Shown: positions 13,663-30,155, counted from the stretch's first letter. The stretch: 64,000 nucleotides of DNA from Octopus vulgaris (GCA_951406725.2 OX597839.1:8928001-8992000); one strand, 5' to 3'. Notes: a model not told the origin generated them from the letters alone. A program made the numbers and translations.

Positions 13663-14655
13663 AAATTACTTCACAATAAAATTCACCACCACCACCACCA
13701 CTACCACCACTACCATCACCAAAACAAAAAATATTACAAGCGTATATAGGGGAAAATCACATTTGCCTCAATTACAGCTTATTAAGACCATCGTTAAGAC
13801 ATTGATGTATTATGTCAACATATTAGCTTAATGAATCTTTCAATTTAGATTTTGTTTTGGAATCAAAGGATGAACAGCAGCAATGCAACAAAACAACCAC
13901 AATTTTATTCATGCTTTTTTGGTTTTGTTTTTTGTTGTTGTTTTTATGTTTTTTCATTATTGTTTTTACTTTTATTCATGCAGTTTTGGGAACAGGGAAT
14001 GGGGGAGTGCGTGGTGTCCAAAATTTTGGGAAATAATTATTCCACACTGAGAACAATAAATCAATATTATTAATAATTGTTTTTAATTTCAGGAGAAAAC
14101 CAGAAATTTAGAGAGGAGGGGGGAAATCTTAGTCAATTAAATCGGTCCCCAGTAGTTGACTGGTACTTTATTCTATCAACTTCAATTAAAGATGAAAAGC
14201 AAAACTTATCTCAGCAAGATTTGAATTCAGAGAGTCAGAACCCATAATTAAATACCACAGAGCAGTTTGTCCAAAGTCCTAAATGACTCTGCCAATCCAC
14301 CACCCTTGTCCCCATCTCCATCCAAGTTCTGGGTTCAGTCCCACTATGTGGCACCTTGGGCAAGTGTCTTCTACTTATAGCCTTGAGCCGACCAAAGCCT
14401 TGTGAGTGGATTTGGTGGTAGATGGAAACTGAAAGAAGGCTGTCGTATGAGTGTGTGTGTGTTTGTCCCGGCCACCATCACTTAACAACCAATGTGTGTT
14501 TATGTCCCCGTAAAAGAGACTAATAGAATAAGTACTTTAAAAAACTATGTCCTGGGTCAATTTGTTCAACTAAAACCTTTCAAGGTGGTGCCCCATCACG
14601 GCAGCAGTCAAATGACTGAAACAATTAAAATAATAAAAGAATATATATATATATA

Positions 14656-15070
14656 GGCGCAGGAGTGGCTGTGTGGTAAGTAGCTTGCTAACCAACCACA
14701 TGGTTCCGGGTTCAGTCCCACTGCCTGGCATCTTGGGCAAGTGTCTTCTGCTATAGCCCTGGGCCGACCAAAACCTTGTGAGTGGATTTGGTAGACGGAA
14801 ACTGAAAGAAGCCTGTCGTATATATGTATATATATATATATGTGTGTGTGTGTTTGCGTGTCTGTGTTTGTCCCCCTAGCATTGTTTGACAACCAATGCT
14901 GGTGTGTTCACGTCCCCGTAACTTAGCGGTTCGGTAAAAGAGACCGATAGAATAAGTACAGGGCTAACAAAAGAATAAATCCCGGGGTCGATTTGCTCGA
15001 CTAAAGGCGGTGCTCCAGCATGGCCGCAGTCAAATGACTGAAACAAGTAAAAGAGTAAAAGAGAGTAAAG
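14656..15070 (+). mobile_element. tRNA-derived SINE family A (representative; + copies also at ~2849-3330, 18115-18510, 21066-21480, 33203-33610, 44405-45090, 51466-51862, 56049-56460)
   Basis: A-box tggctgtgtgg, B-box ggttcagtccc, cttgggcaagt segment, internal (TA)n(TG)n, tail cagcatggccgcagtcaaatgactgaaacaagtaaaaga. Confidence 0.88.
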
Positions 15071-15082
15071 AGTATATACATA

Positions 15083-15304
15083 TACAAAATTTAGAGGAAT
15101 GACCACAAATAGTGGACAGCCTGTATGCAAGATATAGACGTCAAACTCACCATTTACAACAAATAATGTGTTCTCAAGAAAAATTCATTGGTTTTTGATG
15201 AATTTTTTCTTGAGAACATATTCTTCGTGGTAAATGGCAAGTTTGACGTCTATATCTAGCATACAGGCTGTCCACTATTAGTGGTCATTCCTCTAAATTT
15301 TGTA
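15083..15304. repeat. ~220-bp near-perfect palindrome (foldback/MITE-like element)
   Basis: Arms 15083-15188 and 15198-15304 are reverse complements with only scattered mismatches, around a 9-nt loop. Confidence 0.9.
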
Positions 15305-15550
15305 TGTATAAAATTTTTAATCTTCGGATTTAAAAAAATATGCTAGGCCACTGGTTTTAATTGATTAATATCAATTTCTACCCTTATTTGATTTTATATA
15401 TACATATATATATTGTATATATACATATATATATTGTATATATATGTGTGTATGCATGTACGCGCACACACACATACACACACACACAAAAAGCACACAT
15501 GTATGCATTTGTGTGTGTGTGTGTACATGCATACACACATACATATACAA

Positions 15551-15661
<111 letters not shown>

Positions 15662-15662
15662 T

Positions 15663-15728
<66 letters not shown>

Positions 15729-15853
15729 ATATATATATATATATATATATATTGTATATATGTGTGTATGCATGTACGCGCACACACACATACACACACA
15801 CACACAAAAAGCACACACATGTATGCATTTGTGTGTGTGTACATGCATACACA

Positions 15854-15884
<31 letters not shown>

Positions 15885-16125
15885 GTTTAACGTCCGTTTT
15901 CCGCGCTAGCACGATATACAATATATATATGTGTGTGCATGCATGTACACACACACACAAATGCATACACAAATGCAAAATAACTATACTTAATAGTTGG
16001 ACAATGAAGAGAGAGAAGGGGAGGGGGAGAGGGAGAGGGAGATTCAGGGACAGGCATGAAACAAAAAACAATTACAAACATGAAAGAAAAAATAAGTAAA
16101 AAAACAAAGCTTTGAAGACAGGCAA

Positions 16126-16185
<60 letters not shown>

Positions 16186-16477
16186 AGATTGAATAAAGAC
16201 ATCAAGAATGGTGCATGGTTGATTTAACAAGGAAACAAGGATTTTCAGAAGCATCTCAATATGGAATGGAAGACATTAGAACAGGTTAGGTGTGTGTGTA
16301 CAGTATGTGTGTATAATATATATACTCTTCAACGTATATATCCTATGTATGTGTATACACATATTTACGCAAATATGTGTGTATATACATACATACATAT
16401 ATGTGTGTGTGTGTGTGTGTCTGTGTGTAAATATGTGTATATAATCACACATTACTTACACATACATGCACACATAT

Positions 16478-16518
<41 letters not shown>

Positions 16519-16524
16519 TGTTTG

Positions 16525-16568
<44 letters not shown>

Positions 16569-16694
16569 ATATATATATATATATGTATGTATGTATATAT
16601 ATATATATATTTATATATATATGTGTATGTATATATATATATATATATGTGTGTATGTATATATATATATATATATATACATACATATATATAT

Positions 16695-16731
<37 letters not shown>

Positions 16732-17286
16732 ATATTTATTCACATTCACACATACATACATGCAAACATACACGTTCGCATATAAACACGAAAACATGCA
16801 TAACACCGATGCCCTCAGTATGTGTGTGTGTGTGTGCATGCGCGTGCACACGTGTGCATGCGTTTGAAGTCTCGCAATCCTCTGCAGAAAGAATAAAGCT
16901 AAGTGGACAGAGGAATATAGTAATAAATACCAGAGAATGCAGAGGTTAAACGGTGAACTAGTGTTAGTCAATAGATAACTTACATACATATAGATCTGTA
17001 ACCACCACCATCCCCCCGGCAGCAACCCCACCATCATCAACACCCGATACCCATCACCAGGCCCTTTATTACCGGTGTAGGCTTCCATATATTGTTGTTA
17101 TTGTTATCGTGGATGTCATTGTTATGAATGCTATTTTATTGCTGCTCTTGTTCTCGTTATTAATGTTGAAAATTCTTCTTCTTACTGTTGTTAGAGTTGC
17201 TGTTGCTGTTGATGTCTGTGTTTTTATCAATGCTGCTGTTATTATTATTATTATTATCATCACTATTATTATTAGTATTATCATCA

Positions 17287-17325
<39 letters not shown>

Positions 17326-17550
17326 GAGCTGGCAGAAACGTTAGCACGCCGGGCGAAATGCCTAGCGGTATTTCGCCTGCCGTTACGTTTTGAGTTCAAA
17401 TTCCGCCGAGGTCGACTTTGCCTTTCATCGTTTCGGGGTCGATTAAATAAGTACCAGTTACGCACCGGGGTTGATATAATCGACTTAATCCCCTGTCTGT
17501 CCTTGTTTGTCCCCTCTATGTTTAGCCCTCTGTGGGCAATAAAGAAATAA

Positions 17551-17592
<42 letters not shown>

Positions 17593-17980
17593 ATAATATT
17601 ATTATTGTTGTTGTTGTTGTTATTATTACTATTATTGCTACTAAGGCAGTGAGCTGGCAGAATCGTTAGCATGCTGGGCAAAATGCTGAGCAGTATTTCG
17701 TACGTCTTTGCATTCTGAGTTCAAATTCCACTAGGCAGGCTTTGACTTACATCCTTTTGGGATTACTGTTTTATTCTTTTACTTGTTTCAGTCATTTGAT
17801 TGTGGCTATGCTGGAGCACTGCCATTAGTCGAGCAAATCGACCCCAGGACTTAGTCTTTGTAAACCCAGTACTTATTCTATCGGTCTCTTTTGCCGAACT
17901 GCTAAGTTACGAGGACGTAAACACACCAGCATTGGTTGTCAAGCAATGTTGGCGGGACAAACACAGAAACACAAACATAT

Positions 17981-18013
<33 letters not shown>

Positions 18014-18277
18014 CATGCATACGTATATATATATGCATATATACGACAGGCTTCTTTCAGTTTCAGTCTACCAAATCCATTCACAAGGCTTTGTGCCAAA
18101 ATTTGAAACCAATGAGTGGCTGTGTGGTAAGTAGCTTGCTTACCAACCACATGGTTCCAGGTTCAATCCCACGGCATGGCACCTTGGGTAAGTGTCTTCT
18201 ACTATAGACTTGGGTCGACCAAAACTTTGTGAGTGGATTTGGTAGGCGGAAACTGAAAGAAACCCGTCGTATATATG

Positions 18278-18308
<31 letters not shown>

Positions 18309-18997
18309 ATATGTTTGTGTGCCCAACATCACTTGCCAACCGATGCTGGTGTCTTTACGTTCCCGTCACTTAGCGGTTCAGCAAAAGAGACCGATAGAAT
18401 AAGTACTAGGTTTACAAAGAATATGTCCTGGGGGGGGGGGGTCGATTTGCTCGACTAAAGGTGGTGCTCCAGCATGGCAGCAGTCAAATGACTAAAACAA
18501 ATAAAGAATAAATAAATAAATAAAATAAAGACAGAAAGAATATATCCAGAGTAATAGTTGATTGTTGGGAGACGTGATTGCTATTTCTAGCAAACCAAGC
18601 GGTCACATAGCTCTTACTACTGGCTGCCTCATTATTTGAGGATATTGTCGCTATTGTTTTTGTTGTAGCTATTATTACAGTCCTTGTTATTGCTGCTGAT
18701 ATTGTTGGCAGTGGTGGTGTTGTTGCTGATGTCCTTGGTGGTAGCATTGACAGGGGTTGCCAGTGGAGATGGGGTTACTGTTGCTGCTGCTGCTATTAAT
18801 GTTCTCGTTGTTGTTGTTGTTGTTGTTGTTGTGGTGGTGGTGGTGGTGGTGGGTGGGAAGCAGGGAAGATGGAGAAGGTGAAACCCTTATTGCTGGTGCT
18901 GTTTATTACCTTGCGCTGGCTTCTAAACAAGCTGAATTATATTTAGAGCAGGAACTGATAAAACGATGTATGTACAGAAGAATGAGCTATGTATACG

Positions 18998-19834
<837 letters not shown>

Positions 19835-20519
19835 TGTTTGTGTGAGTGTATGCATTCTCTATTCATTCTATGCTGTAAAGAATTCGGATATAGCAGAGCT
19901 GAGATGTGCTGATCTCCAATAACTTGTAAGTAATCATTGAAATCAAACTACAAACACACACACACACACACACTTATAGACATATATATATATATACTGA
20001 CAAGAGATGTCACTATTGGGACACTGAACAAGAATACCTCGTGGCATTAATTCCATTCTGGTTGGAATTTCTCCCCCATATAATGTAAGAAGCAATACAC
20101 ATTCCAGCATACTGGCTTTGTCAAAAACAAAAAACAAAAAAACATCAGTAATTTCTGTGAAATCTGGGGCAGAATAACACACACACAAAACACCACCACC
20201 ACCATGCCCACAGCACACACACACACACATACGCATATACACACACATGTGGTCATTAAATCTGGAAGATCTTCAAAATCTAGGAAAACATGAGAAGAGT
20301 CTGATGTGCGTTTGATGTGCAGAGTGAACTTTTCATCTAAAGTTTTAGCACTCGAGTGATTCACGTGCACAGATGGGTATTAAAGAGAAGACGGTATTCA
20401 GTGAGAACAGGAAGATGCAGAGTATGGGTATAGACATGGCTGCGTGGTTACAAAGTTTGCTTTGGAACCATGTGATCCTGAGTTCAAAACAGTTGTACAA
20501 TGCCTTCAGCTAGTGTATC

Positions 20520-20818
20520 ACCGGTCTGGAACCCCTATCTTGCCAAGGATATCAATCGTCTGGAAGCCGTTCAGCGACGTGCAACCAAAAGAATACCCTC
20601 CATCAGGCATTTGCCATATTCTGAACACCTTACTTCCCTGGGCATGGACACGTTGAAACTCTAACATCTGGCAGCTGACTTGGCAGACACCCATAAAATT
20701 ATTAACCATCTTACAAACAAGAACTCTGAGCACCTTTTCAAACTTCACCTGTCTAACACCCGTGGACATATTTATAAAGTCAGAAAACAGCACAACTCCC
20801 ATGACTTTAGGAAACATC
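20520..20818 (+). mobile_element. CR1/L2-type LINE ORF2 C-terminal fragment
   Basis: Translates as PYLAKDINRLEAVQRRATKRIPSIRHLPYSEHL...DLADTHKII...NTRGHIYKV, the typical post-RT motifs of CR1-group LINEs. Confidence 0.85.
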
Positions 20819-21224
20819 TATCATTCTATCAATCTATCTCTATCTGTCTATCATTCTATCTATCGTTCTATCAATCTCTATCTAAATGGGGTTTAGTTCA
20901 CCAGAAAAATGGTAATAGAGGGGTTAATCAAAGACTATTGTTTAACAACTGACTTGCAGGGAATGAAAATATCAGTATTGACCACGAACACCACTATATA
21001 ATATCAATTTCAAATTTTTAGCACAAGGCCTGCAATTTCGGGGCAGAAAATAAGTTGATTACAGGAGGCGCAGGAGTGGCTGTGTGGTAAGTAGCTTGCT
21101 AACCAACCACAGGGTTCCGGGTTCAGTCCCACTGCGTGGCATCTTGGGCAAGTGCCTTCTGCTATAGCCCCGGGCCGACCAATGCCTTGTAAGTGGATTT
21201 GGTAGATGGAAACTGAAAGAAGCC

Positions 21225-21267
<43 letters not shown>

Positions 21268-21899
21268 GTGTGTTTGTGTGCCTGTGTTTGTCCCCCTAGC
21301 ATTGCTTGAAAACCGATGCTGGTGTGTTTACATCCCCCGTCACTTAGCGGTTCGGCAAAAGAGGCCGATAGAATAAGTACTGGGCTTACAAAGAATAAGT
21401 CCCGGGGTCGATTTGCTTGACTAAAGGCGGTGCACTAGCATGGCCACAATCAAAATGACTGAAACAAGTAAAAGAGTAAAGATAGAGAGAGTAAAGGATG
21501 AAAGGCAAAGTCAACCTTGGCGGAACTTGAACTCAGAACGTAATTACAGATGAAATGCCGCTAAGCATTTTTCCTGGTGTGCTAACGATTCTACCAGCTT
21601 GCCCCCTTACATCAACAGGAATAATAATGTCAGTGATAACTATCACACTGATAATGTTGATCCGCAATAAATAAAGACAGCAGTGATAAGGATGGTGGGA
21701 ATTAAAAGAGTGATAATGATGACAAACAACAGAAGATATTTATGACACTGGTAATAATGCCGGCAATAATGGTGTTGGTATTAGCAACGACAGTGAACAA
21801 TGACAACAATATTGGGAAAAAACAATAACAGTGAGAGCAGCTAAAAAGTGACGGGGGATAATGAGGACAGAGATAGCAACAGGGATAATGATAGCAACG

Positions 21900-22375
21900 A
21901 CGACAACGATGATGGTGGTGGTGGTGGTGGTGGTGGTGATGATGATGATGGGATGATGATGATGATGAGGGTGGTGGTGATGGTGATGATGATGATGGTG
22001 ATGATGATGATGATGATGATGATGATGGTGATGGTGATGATGATGATGATGATGATGACGATGATGATGGTGATGATGATGATGATGGTGGTGGTGGTAA
22101 TGATGATGATGATGATGATGATGGTGATGGTGGTGGTGGTGATGGTGATGATGATGGTGATGATGATGATGGTAATGGTGATGATGGTGATGATGATGAT
22201 GATGTCGATGATGATGATGGTGGTGGTGGTGGTGATGGTGATGATGATGATGGTGATGATGATAATAATGATGATGATGATGATGGTGATGATGACGGTG
22301 ATGGTGATGATGATGGTGGTGATGGTGATGATGAGGATGATGGTGGTGGTGATGGTGATGATGATAACAATGACG
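21900..22375. repeat. (GAT/GGT)n trinucleotide low-complexity tract
   Basis: About 470 bp of ATG/GTG repeats, which generates spurious poly-H/S/M ORFs. Confidence 0.95.
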
Positions 22376-23023
22376 ACAGAGGTGACACTCATTGCCAGCA
22401 AACTCTGAAGAATTAAGATTATATATACACAAAGGAAAGTTCACCGCAATGATACAACAAAATCCATCTTTTGTCAATTACGACATGAAACGGTCTCTCC
22501 ATTATAGATTGCGAGTAATTGGAATGGAAATTCTGTTTAACAAATATGTTTGAATGAAAGATGCTCTTAAATTATCTACATAATACACTTGACTTAAAAG
22601 CAATCTTGTGGTAACATCTCTCAGGATTAAGACAGTACTTACACAGTGATCAATGTGGTCGGGTTATATAATATATATAGATCCAATTTTTGATAAGTGG
22701 AGAGTAATTTGGGAAAGCAATGATTTAATGAGGAGAGCAGTGGTGGTGGCGGTGGTTGTGGTGGTGGTGGTGGCGGTGGTGTTGGTGGCGGTGGTGTTGG
22801 TGGCGGTGGTGTCATGTGAAAGGAGAAAACAATGAGAACAGAAAGAAGAAAATGAGAAGGAAGAATAGGGTAACGTCTCCTCTTCTGTGAACAGTGATAT
22901 AATAATAAAGGTGGTTTGAAATTACAATACACACAGATACACACACACACACACATGTACACATATACATATATACACATATATATATATATACATATAT
23001 GCACACAAATGCACATATGTATG

Positions 23024-23071
<48 letters not shown>

Positions 23072-23821
23072 TATTATACACATGCATACACATATACAGA
23101 CACATATATTAGAGAGAGGGGTAGGGGTACATACACAGCTAAACCCATACATAGATGGATGAATAAACAACTCACAGCAACTAGACATGCCTCAATACAC
23201 ACACACACACATACTTTTATATATTCATATGCATGGCACTATATAATATTCAGTAATTCAAGCCCTTAAATCTCCTTAGAAATACTTTTAAGATATTCTA
23301 GCCCAGGAGCTAATCCAGCAGCTAATAATCTACAATACGCCACTTGCAATCAGTGATTTCACATACATATTTACACACATTTTACACCTGCACAAGCAAA
23401 CACACACACACAAACATTGTTACTCAGTCATTACATCATATTACACGACATATGCATAGAAAAAGCAAAAAGAACACAAAAAATGCTGAAATAAAAAGCA
23501 AAATGTTCAAAACAAAACAAAACAAAAAACAAAGCGAAAATGATAATAATTAATAAATAAACAGTTAAAACAAATATTTGAATAAATATCAATAATAACA
23601 AAAAAAACAAACAGATGAAATATAAATATAAATATAAACATAAATACATACATACAAATGCAGATGAAATAAATATACACAGAAATGATTAGATGAATTA
23701 AATCTACAAATATATATATATATACACACAAATATATATACATATATAACTACACAAATATGTATGTATATATATATACACATATACACACATACAGATA
23801 TATATATACATATATAAATAT

Positions 23822-23859
<38 letters not shown>

Positions 23860-23888
23860 GCACACACATATATATATATATATACACA

Positions 23889-23925
<37 letters not shown>

Positions 23926-23929
23926 GTAC

Positions 23930-23970
<41 letters not shown>

Positions 23971-24588
23971 ACACACATATATATCATGAAATAAAGATTA
24001 CTGCCATAAAAAGCACAAAATCAATAACAAAGAAATTTGCATGTTGATTCTTTGGTCTTTTCCATAAATAAACAATAATTTGAACAAGATGAACAGTCAA
24101 AGGGAGAAACAAAATAATATGAAAGAAAATAGTGAAAGCCTTTAAAACAATTATTGTCAAATCAGGCTTTGTTAATGAGATCGTTTTTAGAGAATGGCAA
24201 GGATTCTCTCTCTCTCTCTCTCCTTCCCTCTCTCTCTCATTCTCTCTTTCCTTCCCTCCCTCCCTCTCTCTCGCTCACTCGCTAATTTGTATGTGTTTGC
24301 GAAATTGTCTCGCTTTTAAATGAGAGATACATGTGAACATTTGTATATGTGTGTGTATGCGTGTGCATGTATATATCTAAATATATATACATATACACAT
24401 ATATACGTACACACACACATATATATATATATACACACACACACATACAGATATATATACATATATACATACATGTATATATACATATATATATACACAT
24501 ATATATATACATATATATATATACATACACATACATATATATATATATGTATGTTATGTGTGTATATATATATATATATATAACACAT

Positions 24589-24642
<54 letters not shown>

Positions 24643-25393
24643 CACATACATACATACACACACACATATACATATACACATTTATACATGTACATACGTA
24701 TCCATACACACACATACACATATATACATATACAGAAGCCAATGTATGTGTACATGCATGCGTGTGTGTGTGCACATGTGTGCATGTGTGTGTGTGTGTG
24801 TGTGTTACTGAATGAGTCAGTGGCTTTTGTTGTAGTTTATGTTTGTTGCTTAACTCAAATTAGCTAAGATCCTCAATTGAAAAGAGCAGAGATAAAGGGG
24901 GAAGATAAACGCATGTGAATCGAAAGATAACCGCAGAAACGCATACGTACATACAGCAAGACACAGTCGCGTTTGTGCGCACGCAGGTGCACAAGAATAT
25001 CTGTGTTAGTGTGTGTGTGTGCACACATGAACATGCAGAACGATAGAGTGAGAGAGTTATTTCTACAAATATACATACACCACTCACATTCACACCAACA
25101 CCCATCCACGCAGATCTATAGGAAGTAAGCTAAGTATGCAGTGATCAATAAGAAAACAAGGCACAAAGATCACTGCTGTTTGTTTGGCTCTAATTATAAT
25201 TATATCTCGTTTAAAAGATGAAGGATGCCACAATACAGGATCCAAGAAAGGAAATAAGGCAAAGACCCCTTGAGGCAATTATATCTCACTTAGAGATAGA
25301 TAAAGGGTTTAAAGATCATTACACTTTCATCTTCATAATCATAAAAATTAATATAACACACAGACATGCATAAACATACAGCTATATGCATAC

Positions 25394-25464
<71 letters not shown>

Positions 25465-25468
25465 GCAC

Positions 25469-25501
<33 letters not shown>

Positions 25502-26337
25502 TATATACAATACATACATACAGACATTTAAATATATATATATACACACACACACACAAACATACACACACACACACAAACAGAGGAGACAAACAGACAC
25601 AGGTGCAGGAATGGTGGTGTGATTAAAAAGTTTGTTTCACAACCACATTGTTTTGGGTTCAATCCAGCCTTGAGAAGGGATTTAGTAGACTGAAACTTCA
25701 AGAACCCCAGGGACAACTAGGAGTACTCCACTACCTCTAAGTAAAGGGGACATAAAAAGCACGTAAAAAGCACCATCCAAACGTGGCCGATGGCTGGCTT
25801 CCGTGCTGGTGGCACGTGAAAAAAAACCAATCCGATTGTGGCCGTTGCCAGCCTCGCCTGGCACCTGTGCCAGTGACACATAAACAGAACCCACTACTGG
25901 CAGAAACGTTAGCACGCTGGGCGAAATGCGTAGCCGTATTTTGTTTGTCGTTACGTTCTGAGTTCAAATTCCGCCGCAGTCGACTTTACCTTTCATCCTT
26001 TCGGGGTCGATAAATTAAGCACCAGTTACGCACTGGGGTTGATCTAATCGACTTAATCCGTGTGTCTGTCCTTGTTTGTCCCCACTATGTTTAGCCCCTT
26101 GTGGGTAATAAAGAAACAGATATATATATACGACGGGCTTCTTTCAGTTTCCATGTACCAAATCCACTCACAAGGCTTTGGTTGGCCTGAGGCTATAGTA
26201 GAAGACACCCAACATGCCACACAGTGGGACTGAATCCGAAACCATGTAGCTGGAAAGCAAGCTTCTTACCACACAGTCACATAATTTGCATACATGTATA
26301 TAATATCACATCATATGATATAATATAATATTATATA

Positions 26338-26707
26338 CTAGCACTATGAGCCGGCAACGCCGGGTCATAGTGCTAGTGCATGCATATACAGCTGCGTGCA
26401 TGCGCACATACACACAAGTATTGTCCAAATCTCCGACCAATCACATACAGCTAGCTGGCTTTCAATTGGCATATCAAGTTTCAGGCATTTTGATTGGGTT
26501 TTGGATAGAAAATTCACAAAAAAGTCACTTCTATTGATTTTTTAATGGCTTTGCGGGGTGACTGGGGAAATGTAAAGATGTGCACAAACACCCTTGGACG
26601 GTTTTGAATGACCTAAGAAAGTGCGAGCCCTCTAACTGAAAAATTGTGGATTTGTATAAAGGACACACACGCAGAGACAGACATTTTGCCGTTTATATAT
26701 AGAGAGA
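26338..26707 (-). mobile_element. Non-autonomous Helitron
   Basis: Minus strand starts TCTCTCTATATATAAACGGC and ends with a hairpin (CTAGCACTATGA...TCATAGTGCTAG) and CTAG|T. Confidence 0.7.
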
Positions 26708-27933
26708 CAACATCATATAATATGACATAATCGACATATACATATAGGTGTGAGTGGTCAAAGAAGCAAGAATGGTTGGCACCATTCTATGTATAATTAG
26801 TCTGTAGGTCAGAGAATGGAAGTTGAAGATAGCGCTCACCCTGAGTACACAAGGTGATCTCGGATCAGTAGGCTTCCTCAGATGACTTTAAGACTGCATC
26901 ATCATCATCATCGTCGTGGTCTTTCATTCTTTGTATACAATGCTTTTTTTCCCACCCACCCACCCGTTTGATTTTAATATGTCAAACCTTATGCCTGATT
27001 TTATGATTCTCCTTACCCATTGCCCTGCTGGTATATAATAAGACATTATCATCAATATCATCACCATCACCACTGTTGTTGCCACCACCGGTACCGCCAC
27101 CATCGTCATCACCACCATCATTTAATATATTCTCAACACATTGTGGCTTTTGTTTTTGAAGTTGATAGATTTATTTTTCTATATTTTATTTTAGTTTGTT
27201 TTGTCTGTTTGTTTTTTTTGTCATTCTGTTTTTGTTTTTCATTTTTTTTTTTTGGTTTTTCCTTCTCGACAAACACTCATTCAAGTGAGATACTATATAA
27301 CAAGAAATGATAAAAGAGAAAACGAAAAGAACAAAAAGAAGAGAACGAAAAGACGAGAGACACAAGGAGAGGAAAGAGAGAGAGAAAGAGAAAAATGGAG
27401 ACGAGATACATCAGTATGAAAATTGAATTATTCCCAACTCATAAGAGACATCATTATTGGATGTCCCTCAGTAAATATTGGTAAATCTTAGTCAATAAGA
27501 AATTTGTTCAGTCCAGGTCAGCTACACATAAAGGTATGACTCTCTTGGAGAGTACATTTAACACACACACACACACACAAATACATGCATATACATATCA
27601 ACTCATATATACACATAAATACATATGAATGTGTGTGTATCATCATCATCATCATCATCATCATCATTAACATCACCACCACAGTTTAATGTCCACTTTT
27701 TCATCGTCCCATGGGTCAGAATTGATTTGTAGAGGCAGATATTTCTGCAGCTGGATGCCCTTCCTGTTGCCAAACCTCCTAGCAAGGTAATATTTTCCTA
27801 TGGCTAGACACGTTTTCCCAGAAAACTATGAACAAACAACCTCATTTGTGTCGATAACAACCATCATTTGACATCTAGACAAGGGTATAAAAACACACAC
27901 ATACACACAAAAACATACATACACAATACATAA

Positions 27934-27964
<31 letters not shown>

Positions 27965-29821
27965 CATACATACACATACACATACACAAGCATACATGAA
28001 TGACCACATCCACTTACAAGACTTTTGTTAGCCCAGGGCTATAAATAGAAGACATTTGCCCAAAGTACTACAGAATGAGACTGATCCACCCACACGATTG
28101 GAACTAGATATCATTCATTTGTTCATTTACTTTCACGTTCATTTTTCATGCTAGCATGGGTTAGATGAGTATGTTATTGAGGCACTGTTTTACAGCCGGA
28201 TGCTCTTCCTGTTACTAACCTTCACTTGATTTTTTCAAGTGATGGATCTCTTATTCCAAACAGCTTTGAAGGCACAAAGTGAGCAGACAAGAAACTGAAA
28301 GATGAAGGGCCAACAACAATACTGCTTGAATGTCATGGTTTTTGTATAAGCAAGTGCAGATAAGAAAATAAACACAAAGACTGTGCTGGTTTGGACATGC
28401 GATGCTGATGGATACTGACAGCTCTATAAAGAAATGCCAATCTCTCAAATTAACCATAGTTTGGTTAATTATTGGACCACGATGACTACAGAGTGAACAG
28501 TGCTGGAGATTTAGACAGTGACCCAATGTTACATAGAAGTCTATACAAAACACATTTCATAAAATAGAATTCTTTGTTATTGGAAGGGTTTCAGGAATGT
28601 AGCACTTCAATAACATAGAGGATTCTTGTATTATTGCTAAAAACGTTTTTGCCATAAAAAAAAGGTAAAACAAACAAAATAACATTGAGTGATGTAAGTG
28701 ACAGGTAACAAATCCCTAAAACCCTTCTTTGAGAGAGTCTTTTAGCCAAAATATGAACTTTCTTTCCCCTGGGTGAGTATGGTATTTCATTATCGCAAAC
28801 CAACGTTTCCAGAAAATATGAGTTAGCTTTACTGCAAACACATCAAACCCATGTATTCAAAGAAAAACTAGCTATGATTTGGTTGTTTAGGCCCAGGCCA
28901 CTCCTGATCAAATGGTCCCATTATCAAAGATATTTCTGCTATGACCAAATATTCCCCCACCCCCCCCACCCTACAAAGATATTGTTTCTACGAATGCATT
29001 GTCTAATAATGTGTATTTCCTGCTTTAAAACAATTGACTGCAGTGTGAGGGTGAATTGTCTGCTATTTCCCACAAGGTCAAGAGTAATTGCTGTGGCTGT
29101 TTAAATAAAAGCCAACACTGATCAAGCAAGCCTATGATCTTTGCCTTTTCAAGCCATAACCACCACCACCACCACCATCCCATACATGCCTGCAGGGAGA
29201 GCGGGGAAGATGGGATGGTCACAGTTGGAATGGCTTTGATAATCAATAAAATCTGCTGGATTGGAGCCGACCTGGGTCTAAACGACAACGACATAGAGGC
29301 TTGTTTTCTCTAAATGAATATAGGTGGCCACAACAACGACGACAGATGAACGATATTAACAAAGAGAAAAACCAAAAAAAAAAAAAAGTCTGATACTGGT
29401 GACGGGGGGGGAGGGGGAGCGAGAAGAGAACTGGAGGAGAGTATTTGAAGAAGAGCAAGGGAGGGAGAGTGGAGTGTATGTGCTGGTGATGGTGGGAGTA
29501 GAGCAATGCATGCACACACACACACACAGCTGAAAGAAAAAATAAATAAATAAATAAATAAATACCACCACCCCCTAAAAACTTTCCTTCAGTAATAACG
29601 TACAGATGCTGCTGCTACTGCTACTGCTGTGTGAATAATGAAGAGTCAACTGAACCATGTTAACATAAACAAAACTAGGAGCAGAGGAGAAAACACATCG
29701 ACAATGACGACGACGACAACGACAACGTCAACAACGACAATAAACAAACAAACAAATGAGAACTGTCAACAATAGGGAAACTCAGGACAGCTTTACCAAT
29801 GAAATTTAATGTTTGTAACCT

Positions 29822-29845
29822 TCATCAACATCATCATCATCATCC

Positions 29846-29879
<34 letters not shown>

Positions 29880-30155
29880 TGTTGTCATCATCGTCATCAT
29901 CATCATCATCGTCATCATCATCCTCGTCATCATCATCCTCCTCTCCTCCTCCTCCTCCTCCTCATCATCATCATCACCACCATCATCATCGTCATCATCA
30001 TCATCGTCGTCATCGTCATCGTCATCATCATCACCATCATCATCATCACCATCATCATCATCATCCTCGTCATCATCATCATCATCATCATCATCATCTC
30101 CATCCCCATCATCATCATCATCATCATCACTATCATCGTCATCATCATCTTCATC
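29822..30155. repeat. (CAT/CGT/CCT)n trinucleotide tract
   Basis: Directly visible. Confidence 0.95.

Noticed and set aside
21702-22477. Long poly-His/Ser/Met ORFs (186-245 aa)
   Set aside because: Open in several frames on both strands only because the DNA is a (GAT/GGT)n repeat. No splice or domain evidence.
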